Assembly: GCF_003019035.1 (NCBI RefSeq)
Contig: NZ_CP027447.1
Strand: one strand, 5' to 3'
Length of the DNA stretch: 64,000 nt
From: Escherichia coli
Lineage (GTDB): Bacteria; Pseudomonadota; Gammaproteobacteria; Enterobacterales; Enterobacteriaceae
Each line of letters begins with the position of its first letter. Positions within the stretch are counted from its first letter, which is position 1. The translations under genes and the position numbers were made by a program. Positions 48,840-59,303 of the stretch are shown piece by piece. The notes beneath the pieces were generated by a model. The model saw nothing but the letters and a program-made list of their open reading frames with translations, did no database searches and had not been told where the DNA came from.

Positions 48840-49832
48840 ATGCAGAGCGATAAAGTGCTCAATTTGCCGGCAGGCTACTTTGGTATTGTGTTGGGGACGA
48901 TAGGGATGGGATTTGCCTGGCGCTATGCCAGCCAGGTTTGGCAGGTCAGCCACTGGTTGGGGGATGGGCTGGTGATTCTGGCGATGATCATCTGGGGACT
49001 ATTGACTGGCGCATTTATTACCCGACTCATACGCTTTCCGCATAGCGTGCTGGCAGAAGTGCGCCATCCAGTGCTGAGCAGTTTTGTGAGTTTGTTTCCG
49101 GCAACGACGATGCTGGTGGCGATTGGTTTTGTTCCGTGGTTTCGCCCACTGGCGGTGTGCCTGTTCAGTTTTGGTGTCGTGGTTCAGTTGGCTTATGCCG
49201 CCTGGCAAACTGCGGGATTATGGCGCGGATCTCACCCTGAAGAAGCTACCACGCCTGGACTGTATCTGCCGACAGTTGCCAACAACTTTATCAGCGCAAT
49301 GGCCTGTGGTGCGTTGGGCTACACCGACGCCGGTCTGGTGTTTTTAGGCGCAGGCGTTTTCTCATGGCTAAGCCTGGAACCGGTGATCTTGCAGCGTCTG
49401 CGCAGTTCGGGAGAATTACCCACGGCACTGAGGACATCACTCGGCATTCAGCTCGCTCCTGCGCTGGTGGCCTGTAGTGCCTGGCTGAGCGTCAACGGCG
49501 GCGAGGGTGACACGCTGGCGAAAATGCTTTTCGGTTATGGACTGCTGCAACTGCTGTTTATGCTACGTCTGATGCCATGGTATCTCTCCCAGCCATTTAA
49601 TGCTTCATTCTGGAGTTTCTCGTTCGGCGTATCTGCACTGGCAACCACCGGTTTGCATCTGGGGAGTGGCAGCGATAATGGATTTTTCCATACGCTGGCG
49701 GTGCCGCTGTTTATCTTTACCAATTTTATTATTGCAATACTGCTCATCCGTACTTTTGCGCTTCTGATGCAGGGAAAATTGTTAGTCAGAACCGAGCGCG
49801 CCGTTTTAATGAAAGCAGAGGACAAAGAATGA
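48840..49832 (+). CDS. tehA: Tellurite resistance protein TehA (TDT family transporter), 330 aa
   Basis: ORF track frame; start at [19 protein letters not shown]. Confidence 0.9.
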   Translation: MQSDKVLNLPAGYFGIVLGTIGMGFAWRYASQVWQVSHWLGDGLVILAMIIWGLLTGAFITRLIRFPHSVLAEVRHPVLSSFVSLFPATTMLVAIGFVPWFRPLAVCLFSFGVVVQLAYAAWQTAGLWRGSHPEEATTPGLYLPTVANNFISAMACGALGYTDAGLVFLGAGVFSWLSLEPVILQRLRSSGELPTALRTSLGIQLAPALVACSAWLSVNGGEGDTLAKMLFGYGLLQLLFMLRLMPWYLSQPFNASFWSFSFGVSALATTGLHLGSGSDNGFFHTLAVPLFIFTNFIIAILLIRTFALLMQGKLLVRTERAVLMKAEDKE

Positions 49833-50422
49833 TCATTCGTGACGAAAACTATTTTACTGATAAATATGAATTAACCCGCACACACTCTGAAGTGCTGGAA
49901 GCGGTGAAAGTGGTTAAACCGGGTAAAACGCTGGATCTGGGCTGTGGCAATGGTCGTAACAGTCTTTACCTGGCAGCCAATGGTTATGATGTTGACGCAT
50001 GGGATAAAAATGCCATGAGTATCGCCAACGTCGAGCGCATTAAGTCCATTGAAAATCTGGATAATTTACACACCCGGGTCGTTGATCTGAATAACCTCAC
50101 ATTTGATGGACAGTACGATTTTATTCTTTCGACTGTGGTGCTGATGTTCCTTGAGGCTAAAACCATCCCAGGGCTGATTGCCAATATGCAACGTTGCACT
50201 AAACCTGGCGGTTACAACCTGATTGTGGCGGCGATGGATACCGCTGATTATCCATGTACCGTCGGCTTCCCGTTTGCCTTCAAAGAGGGAGAATTACGTC
50301 GATATTACGAAGGCTGGGAGAGGGTGAAATACAATGAGGACGTCGGCGAGCTGCACCGCACCGACGCCAACGGTAATCGTATTAAACTGCGTTTCGCCAC
50401 GATGCTGGCACGTAAAAAATGA
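49829..50422 (+). CDS. tehB: Tellurite methyltransferase TehB, 197 aa
   Basis: ORF track; ATGA overlap with tehA; SAM-binding [10 protein letters not shown]. Confidence 0.93.
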   Translation: MIIRDENYFTDKYELTRTHSEVLEAVKVVKPGKTLDLGCGNGRNSLYLAANGYDVDAWDKNAMSIANVERIKSIENLDNLHTRVVDLNNLTFDGQYDFILSTVVLMFLEAKTIPGLIANMQRCTKPGGYNLIVAAMDTADYPCTVGFPFAFKEGELRRYYEGWERVKYNEDVGELHRTDANGNRIKLRFATMLARKK

Positions 50423-50724
50423 TCCGGTAAGAACAAAGCGCGTGAAAATTCCCCACGCTGAGATGGTTTACTGTTCTTCTTTTCGGTAAGCATATTTTTA
50501 ATCAAAAGGATGTGAAATTAATCACAGTAGTCGAAGTTTTTCATCAGATTAACGCACTGATATTTAACTACTGATGATTGACTTAGCCCCTTTTTCGGCA
50601 TTGACTATGTCGTCTGTAAAGGGGCTGAAAAATTTATTTTCACCAACACTTTTTTTGCCACAACACGAAGCGGCGCTTTTTGCTATAACTTAAAAAGTAA
50701 TATAATCATCTCAGGAAACTATTC

Positions 50725-51393
50725 ATGCGTACCACATCATTTGCGAAAGTTGCAGCTTTATGCGGCTTGTTGGCTCTGTCTGGTTGTGCCTCTAAAATCA
50801 CCCAGCCAGATAAATATTCTGGTTTTTTAAACAATTACTCTGATTTAAAAGAAACAACCTCAGCAACAGGTAAACCTGTTTTACGTTGGGTAGACCCGAG
50901 TTTTGATCAAAGCAAATATGACAGCATCGTCTGGAACCCAATCACTTATTATCCGGTACCAAAACCTTCTACCCAGGTAGGGCAGAAAGTTCTGGATAAA
51001 ATTTTGAACTATACCAACACCGAAATGAAAGAAGCGATAGCGCAGCGTAAACCACTGGTTACCACCGCTGGGCCGCGTAGTCTGATTTTCCGTGGGGCCA
51101 TTACCGGTGTAGATACCAGCAAAGAAGGGCTGCAATTCTATGAAGTGGTTCCTGTTGCATTAGTGGTTGCGGGGACGCAAATGGCTACAGGCCACCGTAC
51201 CATGGATACTCGCCTCTATTTTGAAGGTGAGCTGATTGATGCAGCGACTAATAAACCGGTTATCAAAGTCGTTCGTCAGGGCGAAGGTAAAGACCTGAAT
51301 AACGAAAGTACGCCAATGGCTTTCGAAAATATTAAACAAGTTATTGATGACATGGCGACCGATGCCACCATGTTTGACGTTAACAAAAAGTAG
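50725..51393 (+). CDS. ydcL: Lipoprotein YdcL (DUF3313), 222 aa
   Basis: ORF track; lipobox LALSGC; TAG stop. Confidence 0.88.
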   Translation: MRTTSFAKVAALCGLLALSGCASKITQPDKYSGFLNNYSDLKETTSATGKPVLRWVDPSFDQSKYDSIVWNPITYYPVPKPSTQVGQKVLDKILNYTNTEMKEAIAQRKPLVTTAGPRSLIFRGAITGVDTSKEGLQFYEVVPVALVVAGTQMATGHRTMDTRLYFEGELIDAATNKPVIKVVRQGEGKDLNNESTPMAFENIKQVIDDMATDATMFDVNKK

Positions 51394-51400
51394 TTCCAGA

Positions 51401-51427
51401 CGCGCCATCGTTAGATGGCGCTTTTTA
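51401..51427 (+). terminator. Rho-independent terminator after ydcL
   Basis: GCGCCATC-GTTA-GATGGCGC followed by TTTTT. Confidence 0.7.
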
Positions 51428-51689
51428 TCCGGTGCGCCGTAAAACCCCGTCCTTCAGGGCGGGGATATAAGGCGCGGTTTTGCACCTGACCAGGTGTTTG
51501 CTGTTGTTCAATGTATTGGCGGATGACGGATATTGGCGCACCTCCGCAGCTACTGGCAAAATAGCCAGGACTCCACAAAACGCCTTTGTAGTAATACCTG
51601 ACTGCAATATCTGGTCGATCTCGTCGCAGTAACCTACCCGATACGCCTTTGAGGCTGTTTACCAGACTGGATATCGCCAGTTTGGGAGG

Positions 51690-51917
51690 TTAGTTAATTA
51701 ACAAATGGACGTGATCTGGTTCGCCATCCATTTCAACCAGTTCAGCTTCAAAATCAGCACATACATTTGAAAAGTAAGTGCGTAGTTTTTCTGTCGCGTC
51801 ATGGTCAAAAATCTGGCGTCGGTATCTGGTGACAAAGACCAGATGAACATGCATCAGGAAAACACAATGCCTTCCACGCCGGATATCGGTTTCTTTTTTC
51901 ACAGACCAAAGTATCAT
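51690..51917 (-). pseudogene. insP: IS200-type HUH transposase TnpA, truncated to 75 aa
   Basis: MILWSVKKETDIRRGRHCVFLMHVHLVFVTRYRRQ... has the HxH (HVH) motif but stops at about half normal length, before where the catalytic Tyr normally lies. Confidence 0.7.
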
Positions 51918-51924
51918 TTGACCT

Positions 51925-53133
51925 GTGAAACGATTACAGGCATTTAAATTCCAGTTAAGACCAGGTGGTCAACAGGAGTGTGAAATGAGGCGCTTCGCAG
52001 GCGCATGTCGTTTCGTTTTCAATCGTGCTCTGGCACGTCAGAATGAGAATCATGAGGCCGGTAATAAATACATCCCTTACGGGAAAATGGCTTCCTGGCT
52101 GGTTGAGTGGAAAAATGCCACTGAAACGCAATGGCTTAAAGATTCTCCCTCACAGCCATTGCAACAGTCACTGAAAGACCTTGAGCGGGCTTACAAAAAC
52201 TTCTTCCGGAAGCGGGCTGCTTTTCCCCGATTCAAAAAGCGGGGACAGAATGATGCATTCCGCTACCCGCAGGGCGTTAAGCTCGATCAGGAAAACAGCC
52301 GTATTTTTCTGCCGAAACTGGGCTGGATGCGCTACCGGAATAGCCGTCAGGTCACGGGTGTTGTGAAAAATGTCACTGTCAGCCAGTCCTGCGGTAAGTG
52401 GTACATCAGTATTCAGACAGAAAGTGAAGTATCCACTCCGGCTCACCCTTCAGCATCAATGGTCGGGCTGGATGCTGGCGTGGCTAAACTCGCCACGCTG
52501 TCAGATGGCACAGTCTTTGAGCCTGTAAACAGTTTTCAGAAAAACCAGAAGACGCTGGCGAGACTTCAGCGACAGTTAAGCCGCAAGGTCAAATTCAGCA
52601 ACAACTGGCAGAAGCAGAAACGCAAAATACAGCGACTGCATTCCTGTATCGCAAATATCCGCAGGGACTACCTTCACAAAGTCACAACGGCCGTCAGCAA
52701 AAACCACGCAATGATAGTCATTGAGGATTTGAAGGTCAGCAACATGTCAAAGTCAGCAGCGGGTACGGTCAGCCAGCCGGGGCGCAATGTCCGGGCAAAA
52801 TCAGGTTTAAACCGTTCGATACTGGATCAGGGCTGGTATGAAATGCGCCGCCAGCTTGAGTACAAGCAGCTCTGGCGTGGCGGTCAGGTGCTTGCTGTTC
52901 CGCCAGCGTATACAAGCCAGCGTTGCGCGTACTGTGGTCATACAGCGAAAGAGAACCGCCTGTCACAAAGTAAATTCAGATGCCAGGTATGTGGATATAC
53001 AGCGAACGCCGATGTAAATGGCGCTCGTAACATTTTAGCGGCGGGGCACGCCGTTCTTGCCTGTGGAGAGATGGTGCAGTCAGGCCGCCCGTTGAAGCAG
53101 GAACCCACCGAAATGATTCAGGCGACAGCCTGA
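51925..53133 (+). CDS. insQ: TnpB (OrfB) of IS200/IS605 family, 402-aa frame from GTG
   Basis: ORF track [35 protein letters not shown]...; C-terminal zinc-finger CxxC...CxxC (CAYCGH...[18 protein letters not shown]). Confidence 0.88.
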   Translation: MKRLQAFKFQLRPGGQQECEMRRFAGACRFVFNRALARQNENHEAGNKYIPYGKMASWLVEWKNATETQWLKDSPSQPLQQSLKDLERAYKNFFRKRAAFPRFKKRGQNDAFRYPQGVKLDQENSRIFLPKLGWMRYRNSRQVTGVVKNVTVSQSCGKWYISIQTESEVSTPAHPSASMVGLDAGVAKLATLSDGTVFEPVNSFQKNQKTLARLQRQLSRKVKFSNNWQKQKRKIQRLHSCIANIRRDYLHKVTTAVSKNHAMIVIEDLKVSNMSKSAAGTVSQPGRNVRAKSGLNRSILDQGWYEMRRQLEYKQLWRGGQVLAVPPAYTSQRCAYCGHTAKENRLSQSKFRCQVCGYTANADVNGARNILAAGHAVLACGEMVQSGRPLKQEPTEMIQATA

Positions 53134-53172
53134 ACGTAGCAGGGATCCACGTCCTTCAGGGCGTGGAGGATG

Positions 53173-54348
53173 TCAATATCGGTTTCTGTCAGCGATTAAA
53201 TTCAACACCACGTAACAAACGCCTCCGGCAATTAATCCCCAAAACGCAGAACCAATCCCGGCCAGCGTCAATCCACTTGCCGTTACCAGAAATGCCACCA
53301 CCGCCGCGTCGCGCTCACGCTCATTATGCAGCGCCTGATACAAACTGCCGCCAATGGTACTCAACAGCGCCAGACCTGCCAGCATCTGGATCCAACTTAC
53401 GGGCAGGGCAGCCATCATCCCGGTAATGGCACTACCAAACAGACCTGCGAGCAAATAGAAAATGCCTGCAACGGCAGCGGCCAGCCAACGTTGATCTTTA
53501 TCCGGATGCGCTTCCGGGCTTTGGCAAATAGCCGCGGTGATTGCCGCAATACCGACGGAATAAACGCCGAAAGGGGAAAAAACCAGTGCCAGCAATCCAG
53601 TAAATACAATTAATGGCGAAACAGGAGCCGAATATCCGGCGGCTTTCATTGCTGCGATACCCGGTGCGTTTTGCGATGCCATCGTCACCAGAAAAAGGGG
53701 GAGTGCAACGCTCAGGCTGTGAGCAAACGAAAAATCAGGGCTAATATAAGTGGGGAGAACGGGTTTAAAGACAACATCAGTTGTGACAACGTCACCTTGC
53801 GCGATAACGATCACGACCCCAATAATCATCGCGGCAATTACCGCATAGCGCGGCGCAACGGCCCTGGTTGCCAGCCATACCAGCAACATACTGCCACACA
53901 ACGTAAATTGACCATCCAGGCTCGCAAACGCCTGTAAACCAAAGCGTAATAAAATCCCGGCAAGCATTGCCGCCGCAAGCGAGTGCGGAATAATGCGCAT
54001 CAGACGAGCAAAGAGTCCCGTTATGCCGCAGAGGACTATTAACGCGTTGGTGACAATAAAAACGCCGATGGTTTCGTTAAGTGTTAGTCCCTGCAATCCG
54101 GTGACCAACAAAGCCGCGCCAGGCGTTGACCATGCGGTGAGAACAGGTACGCGATACCATAATGTCAGAGCCAGCGTACTGACGCCCATTACCAGCCCCA
54201 GCGCCGTCATCCAGCCAGAGATTTGTGCAGTGGTGGCTCCGGCGACAATCGCTGCTTGCCAGATTATTGCCGCTGAACTGGCGTAGCCAATTAATACCGC
54301 CAGAAACCCCGCCAGTAGCGTGGGTGGAGGAATAGAAAACAGACGCAT
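53173..54348 (-). CDS. ydcO: BenE-family transporter YdcO, 391 aa
   Basis: ORF track frame; start at MRLFSIPPPTLLAG with GAGGTG RBS; polytopic membrane protein. Confidence 0.85.
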   Translation of the reverse strand: MRLFSIPPPTLLAGFLAVLIGYASSAAIIWQAAIVAGATTAQISGWMTALGLVMGVSTLALTLWYRVPVLTAWSTPGAALLVTGLQGLTLNETIGVFIVTNALIVLCGITGLFARLMRIIPHSLAAAMLAGILLRFGLQAFASLDGQFTLCGSMLLVWLATRAVAPRYAVIAAMIIGVVIVIAQGDVVTTDVVFKPVLPTYISPDFSFAHSLSVALPLFLVTMASQNAPGIAAMKAAGYSAPVSPLIVFTGLLALVFSPFGVYSVGIAAITAAICQSPEAHPDKDQRWLAAAVAGIFYLLAGLFGSAITGMMAALPVSWIQMLAGLALLSTIGGSLYQALHNERERDAAVVAFLVTASGLTLAGIGSAFWGLIAGGVCYVVLNLIADRNRY

Positions 54349-54439
54349 AGTCACCTCGTGCGTTATAGCGTACAGGCACCGTAGCATTTGTCCGTTATAA
54401 CGCACAAGTGATAAACTTCCGTTTTGCCGGAGGAGTCGC

Positions 54440-54976
54440 ATGGAAAATCTCGCTTGCTTTTTATCCACCACACTTAAACAACTACGTCAGCAGCGCGGCT
54501 GGAGTCTTTCGCGACTGGCAGAAGCGACGGGCGTTTCTAAAGCGATGTTAGGGCAGATTGAGCGTAATGAATCCAGCCCGACGGTCGCGACATTATGGAA
54601 AATAGCCACCGGGTTGAACGTGCCATTTTCGACATTTATTTCTCCGCCGCAGTCCGCAACGCCTTCAGTTTATGATCCACAACAACAGGCGATGGTGATC
54701 ACTTCGCTGTTTCCTTATGATCCACAACTCTGCTTTGAACACTTCTCGATTCAGATGGCACCCGGTGCAATAAGCGAATCGACGCCCCATGAGAAGGGGG
54801 TAATCGAACATGTTGTCGTCATTGATGGACAACTTGATTTGTGCGTTGATGGTGAATGGCAGAGCCTTAATTGTGGGGAAGGCGCTCGATTTGCTGCAGA
54901 CGTCACGCATGTCTATCGTAATGGTGGGGAGCAAACCGTACATTTTCATTCCCTCATCCATTACCCGCGCAGTTAA
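54440..54976 (+). CDS. ydcN: XRE-family HTH plus cupin-domain regulator YdcN, 178 aa
   Basis: ORF track; GGAGG RBS; HTH region LSRLAEATGVSKAMLGQIERNESSPT. Confidence 0.88.
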   Translation: MENLACFLSTTLKQLRQQRGWSLSRLAEATGVSKAMLGQIERNESSPTVATLWKIATGLNVPFSTFISPPQSATPSVYDPQQQAMVITSLFPYDPQLCFEHFSIQMAPGAISESTPHEKGVIEHVVVIDGQLDLCVDGEWQSLNCGEGARFAADVTHVYRNGGEQTVHFHSLIHYPRS

Positions 54977-55048
54977 GCGGGAAAACTATTTCGTAACGTC
55001 GCGCTTGTGGCTAAAATAGCCGCCATTTTTCAGCTACTGGATAAGAAA

Positions 55049-57010
55049 GTGACCGTATCTTCTCATCGTCTTGAACTGTTAAGTCCGGCACGCGATGCCG
55101 CCATTGCCCGCGAAGCTATTTTGCACGGTGCCGATGCTGTTTATATCGGCGGCCCTGGTTTTGGTGCCCGTCATAATGCCAGTAATAGCCTGAAAGATAT
55201 TGCCGAGCTGGTGCCGTTTGCCCATCGTTATGGTGCAAAAATTTTCGTCACGCTTAACACCATTTTGCATGATGATGAGCTGGAACCTGCGCAACGGCTG
55301 ATTACCGACCTCTACCAGACCGGCGTCGATGCGCTGATTGTTCAGGATATGGGGATTCTGGAACTTGATATTCCGCCGATTGAACTGCACGCCAGTACGC
55401 AGTGCGACATTCGCACGGTAGAAAAAGCGAAGTTCCTCTCTGATGTTGGCTTCACGCAGATTGTGCTGGCGCGAGAGCTGAATCTTGAGCAGATCCGCGC
55501 GATTCACCAGGCCACGGACGCGACCATTGAATTCTTTATTCATGGCGCACTGTGCGTGGCCTATTCGGGTCAGTGCTACATTTCTCATGCGCAAACAGGG
55601 CGTAGCGCCAACCGTGGCGATTGCTCGCAGGCGTGCCGTTTGCCATACACATTGAAAGACGATCAGGGGCGGGTGGTTTCCTATGAAAAACATCTGCTGT
55701 CGATGAAAGATAACGATCAGACTGCCAACCTCGGCGCGCTGATTGATGCTGGCGTACGCTCCTTCAAGATTGAAGGGCGTTACAAAGATATGAGCTACGT
55801 GAAGAATATCACCGCCCATTATCGCCAGATGCTGGATGCCATTATTGAAGAACGTGGCGATCTGACGCGTGCTTCATCAGGTCGTACTGAACATTTCTTT
55901 GTTCCATCGACGGAAAAGACTTTCCACCGTGGTAGCACAGATTATTTTGTGAATGCCCGTAAAGGCGATATTGGCGCGTTCGATTCGCCGAAATTTATCG
56001 GCCTGCCGGTGGGCGAAGTATTGAAAGTAGCGAAAGATCATATTGATGTTGCCGTTACCGAGCCACTGGCAAATGGCGATGGCCTGAACGTGATGATTAA
56101 ACGTGAAGTCGTCGGTTTTCGTGCCAATACGGTCGAGAAAACCGGAGAAAATCAGTACCGCGTCTGGCCCAATGAAATGCCAGCAGATTTGCACAAAATT
56201 CGCCCGCATCACCCACTAAACCGTAATCTTGATCATAACTGGCAGCAGGCACTGACAAAAACCTCCAGCGAACGTCGGGTGGCGGTAGACATTGAACTGG
56301 GCGGCTGGCAGGAACAACTGATTCTGACCCTCACCAGTGAAGAGGGTGTCAGCATCACGCATACGCTGGACGGGCAGTTCGACGAAGCCAATAACGCCGA
56401 AAAAGCAATGAACAATCTAAAGGATGGTCTGGCAAAACTGGGGCAAACCATCTATTACGCCCGCGATGTGCAAATTAATTTGCCGGGTGCGCTGTTTGTA
56501 CCAAACAGTCTGTTAAACCAGTTCCGCCGTGAAGCCGCCGACATGCTGGATGCTGCACGTCTTGCCGGTTACCAGCGGGGCAGCCGTAAACCGGTTGCTG
56601 ATCCTGCGCCGGTTTATCCGCAAACGCATCTGAGTTTCCTCGCGAACGTATACAACCAGAAAGCGCGTGAATTTTATCATCGCTATGGTGTGCAACTGAT
56701 TGACGCGGCGTATGAGGCACATGAAGAGAAGGGCGAAGTCCCGGTGATGATCACCAAGCATTGTCTGCGCTTTGCCTTCAATCTGTGCCCGAAACAGGCG
56801 AAAGGCAATATCAAAAGCTGGAAGGCGACGCCAATGCAACTGGTTAACGGCGATGAAGTATTAACGCTAAAGTTTGATTGCCGCCCATGCGAGATGCACG
56901 TCATTGGCAAAATCAAAAATCACATACTGAAAATGCCGTTACCGGGAAGCGTAGTGGCATCCGTAAGTCCGGATGATCTGCTGAAAACATTGCCGAAGCG
57001 AAAAGGGTAA
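55049..57010 (+). CDS. ydcP: Peptidase U32-family protein YdcP (RlhA, 23S rRNA hydroxylation), 653 aa from GTG at 55049
   Basis: ORF track frame 55007-57010; internal GTG chosen to match expected 653 aa; start uncertain. Confidence 0.8.
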   Translation: MTVSSHRLELLSPARDAAIAREAILHGADAVYIGGPGFGARHNASNSLKDIAELVPFAHRYGAKIFVTLNTILHDDELEPAQRLITDLYQTGVDALIVQDMGILELDIPPIELHASTQCDIRTVEKAKFLSDVGFTQIVLARELNLEQIRAIHQATDATIEFFIHGALCVAYSGQCYISHAQTGRSANRGDCSQACRLPYTLKDDQGRVVSYEKHLLSMKDNDQTANLGALIDAGVRSFKIEGRYKDMSYVKNITAHYRQMLDAIIEERGDLTRASSGRTEHFFVPSTEKTFHRGSTDYFVNARKGDIGAFDSPKFIGLPVGEVLKVAKDHIDVAVTEPLANGDGLNVMIKREVVGFRANTVEKTGENQYRVWPNEMPADLHKIRPHHPLNRNLDHNWQQALTKTSSERRVAVDIELGGWQEQLILTLTSEEGVSITHTLDGQFDEANNAEKAMNNLKDGLAKLGQTIYYARDVQINLPGALFVPNSLLNQFRREAADMLDAARLAGYQRGSRKPVADPAPVYPQTHLSFLANVYNQKAREFYHRYGVQLIDAAYEAHEEKGEVPVMITKHCLRFAFNLCPKQAKGNIKSWKATPMQLVNGDEVLTLKFDCRPCEMHVIGKIKNHILKMPLPGSVVASVSPDDLLKTLPKRKG

Positions 57011-57101
57011 AACGCCAGTTTTCGGGTTACTCACCACTCATCAAATCTGCATGATATTGCCTGGCGGGTAAGGCGTCATGCCGCATCCGGCAACAAATGA
57101 C

Positions 57102-57332
57102 TCAACGCTGTCCCGCTTCTGGTTTGCGCGATTTTTGCCAGTAAAAATGCTCGCGCAAACCTTCCGCCGACTCTTCCGCCACAGCACGCAATTCATCGCT
57201 GTCCGCTTCATGACGCAGCTGATGATCCACATTCTTTACCCACATAAATTCATGTCCTTTGTGCCCTGCCATGAGTTGTCCTGAGAACAGTGCACACGTT
57301 AATAAGACAACCGATAACGCCTTCGAAAACAT
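57102..57332 (-). CDS. yncJ: DUF2554-family small secreted protein YncJ, 76 aa
   Basis: ORF track; signal peptide MFSKALSVVLLTCALFSGQLMA. Confidence 0.85.
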   Translation of the reverse strand: MFSKALSVVLLTCALFSGQLMAGHKGHEFMWVKNVDHQLRHEADSDELRAVAEESAEGLREHFYWQKSRKPEAGQR

Positions 57333-57652
57333 CCCGCCACCTTTTTCTAACCTTTTGCCGCTATGATGCCAATCGTTTCTTGAGGTTATTATTCAGTTTT
57401 GCAAATTAGCGCAAAGAAATTCTGGAATCTTCCTTCCTGATTTTGCATTGCATTCTGCCGTTGCGGCGATTTAGTGCTATTTTCGAGCAAATTACACACG
57501 GAGGTAAAAAAATCGACGCCGTCCAGCTCGCGGCTAAGGCGCTTGGCAAAGAGTTATCACTGGTGATGGTTTAATTACAGTTAACGAAAAGTTGTCATTT
57601 TTAACAACTGATATAGACTGCCGAATCATCTGCACATAATTACGATTCGATA

Positions 57653-59059
57653 ATGAAAAAATACCAGCAGCTTGCAGAACAATTACGCGAGCAGATTGCG
57701 TCGGGTATCTGGCAACCCGGCGATCGTTTGCCTTCGTTGCGTGACCAGGTGGCGCTTTCTGGCATGAGCTTTATGACCGTGAGCCATGCCTATCAGTTGC
57801 TCGAAAGTCAGGGATATATTATCGCGCGACCGCAGTCGGGTTATTACGTTGCGCCACAGGCAATAAAAATGCCGAAAGCGCCAGTCATTCCAGTCACTCG
57901 AGATGAAGCAGTCGATATCAACACCTATATTTTTGATATGTTGCAGGCCAGTCGCGATCCGTCGGTAGTTCCGTTTGCCTCGGCCTTTCCCGACCCGCGA
58001 CTTTTCCCCCTCCAACAACTAAACCGCTCGCTGGCGCAGGTAAGCAAAACCGCCACAGCGATGAGCGTGATTGAAAACTTACCGCCAGGAAACGCAGAAC
58101 TGCGTCAGGCTATTGCTCGTCGCTATGCCTTACAGGGCATCACTATTTCTCCAGATGAAATTGTCATTACCGCCGGGGCGTTAGAGGCATTAAACCTCAG
58201 TTTGCAAGTGGTAACTGAACCGGGCGATTGGGTGATAGTAGAGAATCCTTGTTTCTACGGCGCTTTGCAGGCGCTGGAGCGGTTACGGCTGAAGGCGTTA
58301 TCGGTGGCGACGGACGTTAAAGAAGGGATCGATCTTCAGGCGCTGGAACTGGCGTTGCAGGAGTATCCGGTGAAAGCGTGCTGGCTGATGACTAATAGCC
58401 AGAATCCACTCGGATTTACCTTAACACCGCAAAAAAAAGCACAACTGGTGGCGTTGCTCAATCAGTACAACGTAACGTTGATTGAAGATGACGTTTACAG
58501 CGAACTTTATTTTGGACGGGAAAAACCGCTGCCTGCGAAAGCGTGGGATCACCACGATGGTGTTTTGCATTGCTCTTCGTTTTCGAAATGTCTGGTGCCT
58601 GGTTTTCGTATTGGTTGGGTCGCCGCCGGAAAACATGCACGTAAAATTCAACGCTTGCAGTTGATGAGTACGCTTTCCACCAGCTCACCGATGCAGCTTG
58701 CGCTGGTGGATTACCTTTCTACTCGCCGATACGATGCTCATCTTCGTCGTCTGCGTCGCCAGCTTGCGGAACGTAAACAACGCGCCTGGCAGGCTTTGCT
58801 GCGTTATCTGCCTGCGGAAGTCAAAATTCATCACAATGACAGCGGTTATTTTCTCTGGCTGGAGCTCCCCGAGCCGTTAGATGCAGGAGAATTAAGCCTG
58901 GTGGCACTGACGCATCATATCAGTATTGCGCCGGGTAAAATGTTTTCTACCGGTGAAAACTGGTCACGTTTTTTTCGTTTTAATACCGCGTGGCAGTGGG
59001 GAGAACGTGAAGAACAGGCGGTAAAACAATTAGGCAAACTTATTCAAGAACGGCTGTAA
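57653..59059 (+). CDS. ydcR: GntR/MocR-family regulator fused to aminotransferase-like domain, 468 aa
   Basis: ORF track; N-terminal GntR HTH, C-terminal PLP-fold domain. Confidence 0.9.
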   Translation: MKKYQQLAEQLREQIASGIWQPGDRLPSLRDQVALSGMSFMTVSHAYQLLESQGYIIARPQSGYYVAPQAIKMPKAPVIPVTRDEAVDINTYIFDMLQASRDPSVVPFASAFPDPRLFPLQQLNRSLAQVSKTATAMSVIENLPPGNAELRQAIARRYALQGITISPDEIVITAGALEALNLSLQVVTEPGDWVIVENPCFYGALQALERLRLKALSVATDVKEGIDLQALELALQEYPVKACWLMTNSQNPLGFTLTPQKKAQLVALLNQYNVTLIEDDVYSELYFGREKPLPAKAWDHHDGVLHCSSFSKCLVPGFRIGWVAAGKHARKIQRLQLMSTLSTSSPMQLALVDYLSTRRYDAHLRRLRRQLAERKQRAWQALLRYLPAEVKIHHNDSGYFLWLELPEPLDAGELSLVALTHHISIAPGKMFSTGENWSRFFRFNTAWQWGEREEQAVKQLGKLIQERL

Positions 59060-59303
59060 TAGCGTTTAATTTAATTCCTCTCAGGATGGGTAATATGAAT
59101 TTCGAATAGCAGTCATATTTCCTAACTCCTTGTCTATACTCCAGAAGATAACCTTACAGAGGGCATAATGCGCGGTAGCTCACAACCTGATTAAATTTTC
59201 TCAGGGGCGAAGGTGTGCCTGCTAGCCGCCGTCTATGGTTAAACAAGGAGATATTTTTACGGCACGGCGGCTGAACAATTAATTACGACAGGAGTAAGAC
59301 CTT

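Larger units (their letters stand above)
51440..53170. mobile_element. IS200/IS605-family element (IS609-like), about 1.7 kb, with subterminal hairpins at both ends; boundaries approximate
   Basis: Imperfect palindromes CCCCGTCCTTCAGGGCGGGG (51445-51464) and CCACGTCCTTCAGGGCGTGG (53147-53166) bracket divergent tnpA remnant and tnpB. Confidence 0.75.

Noticed and set aside
55079-55819. 246-aa minus-strand ORF
   Set aside because: Antisense within ydcP; no independent signals.
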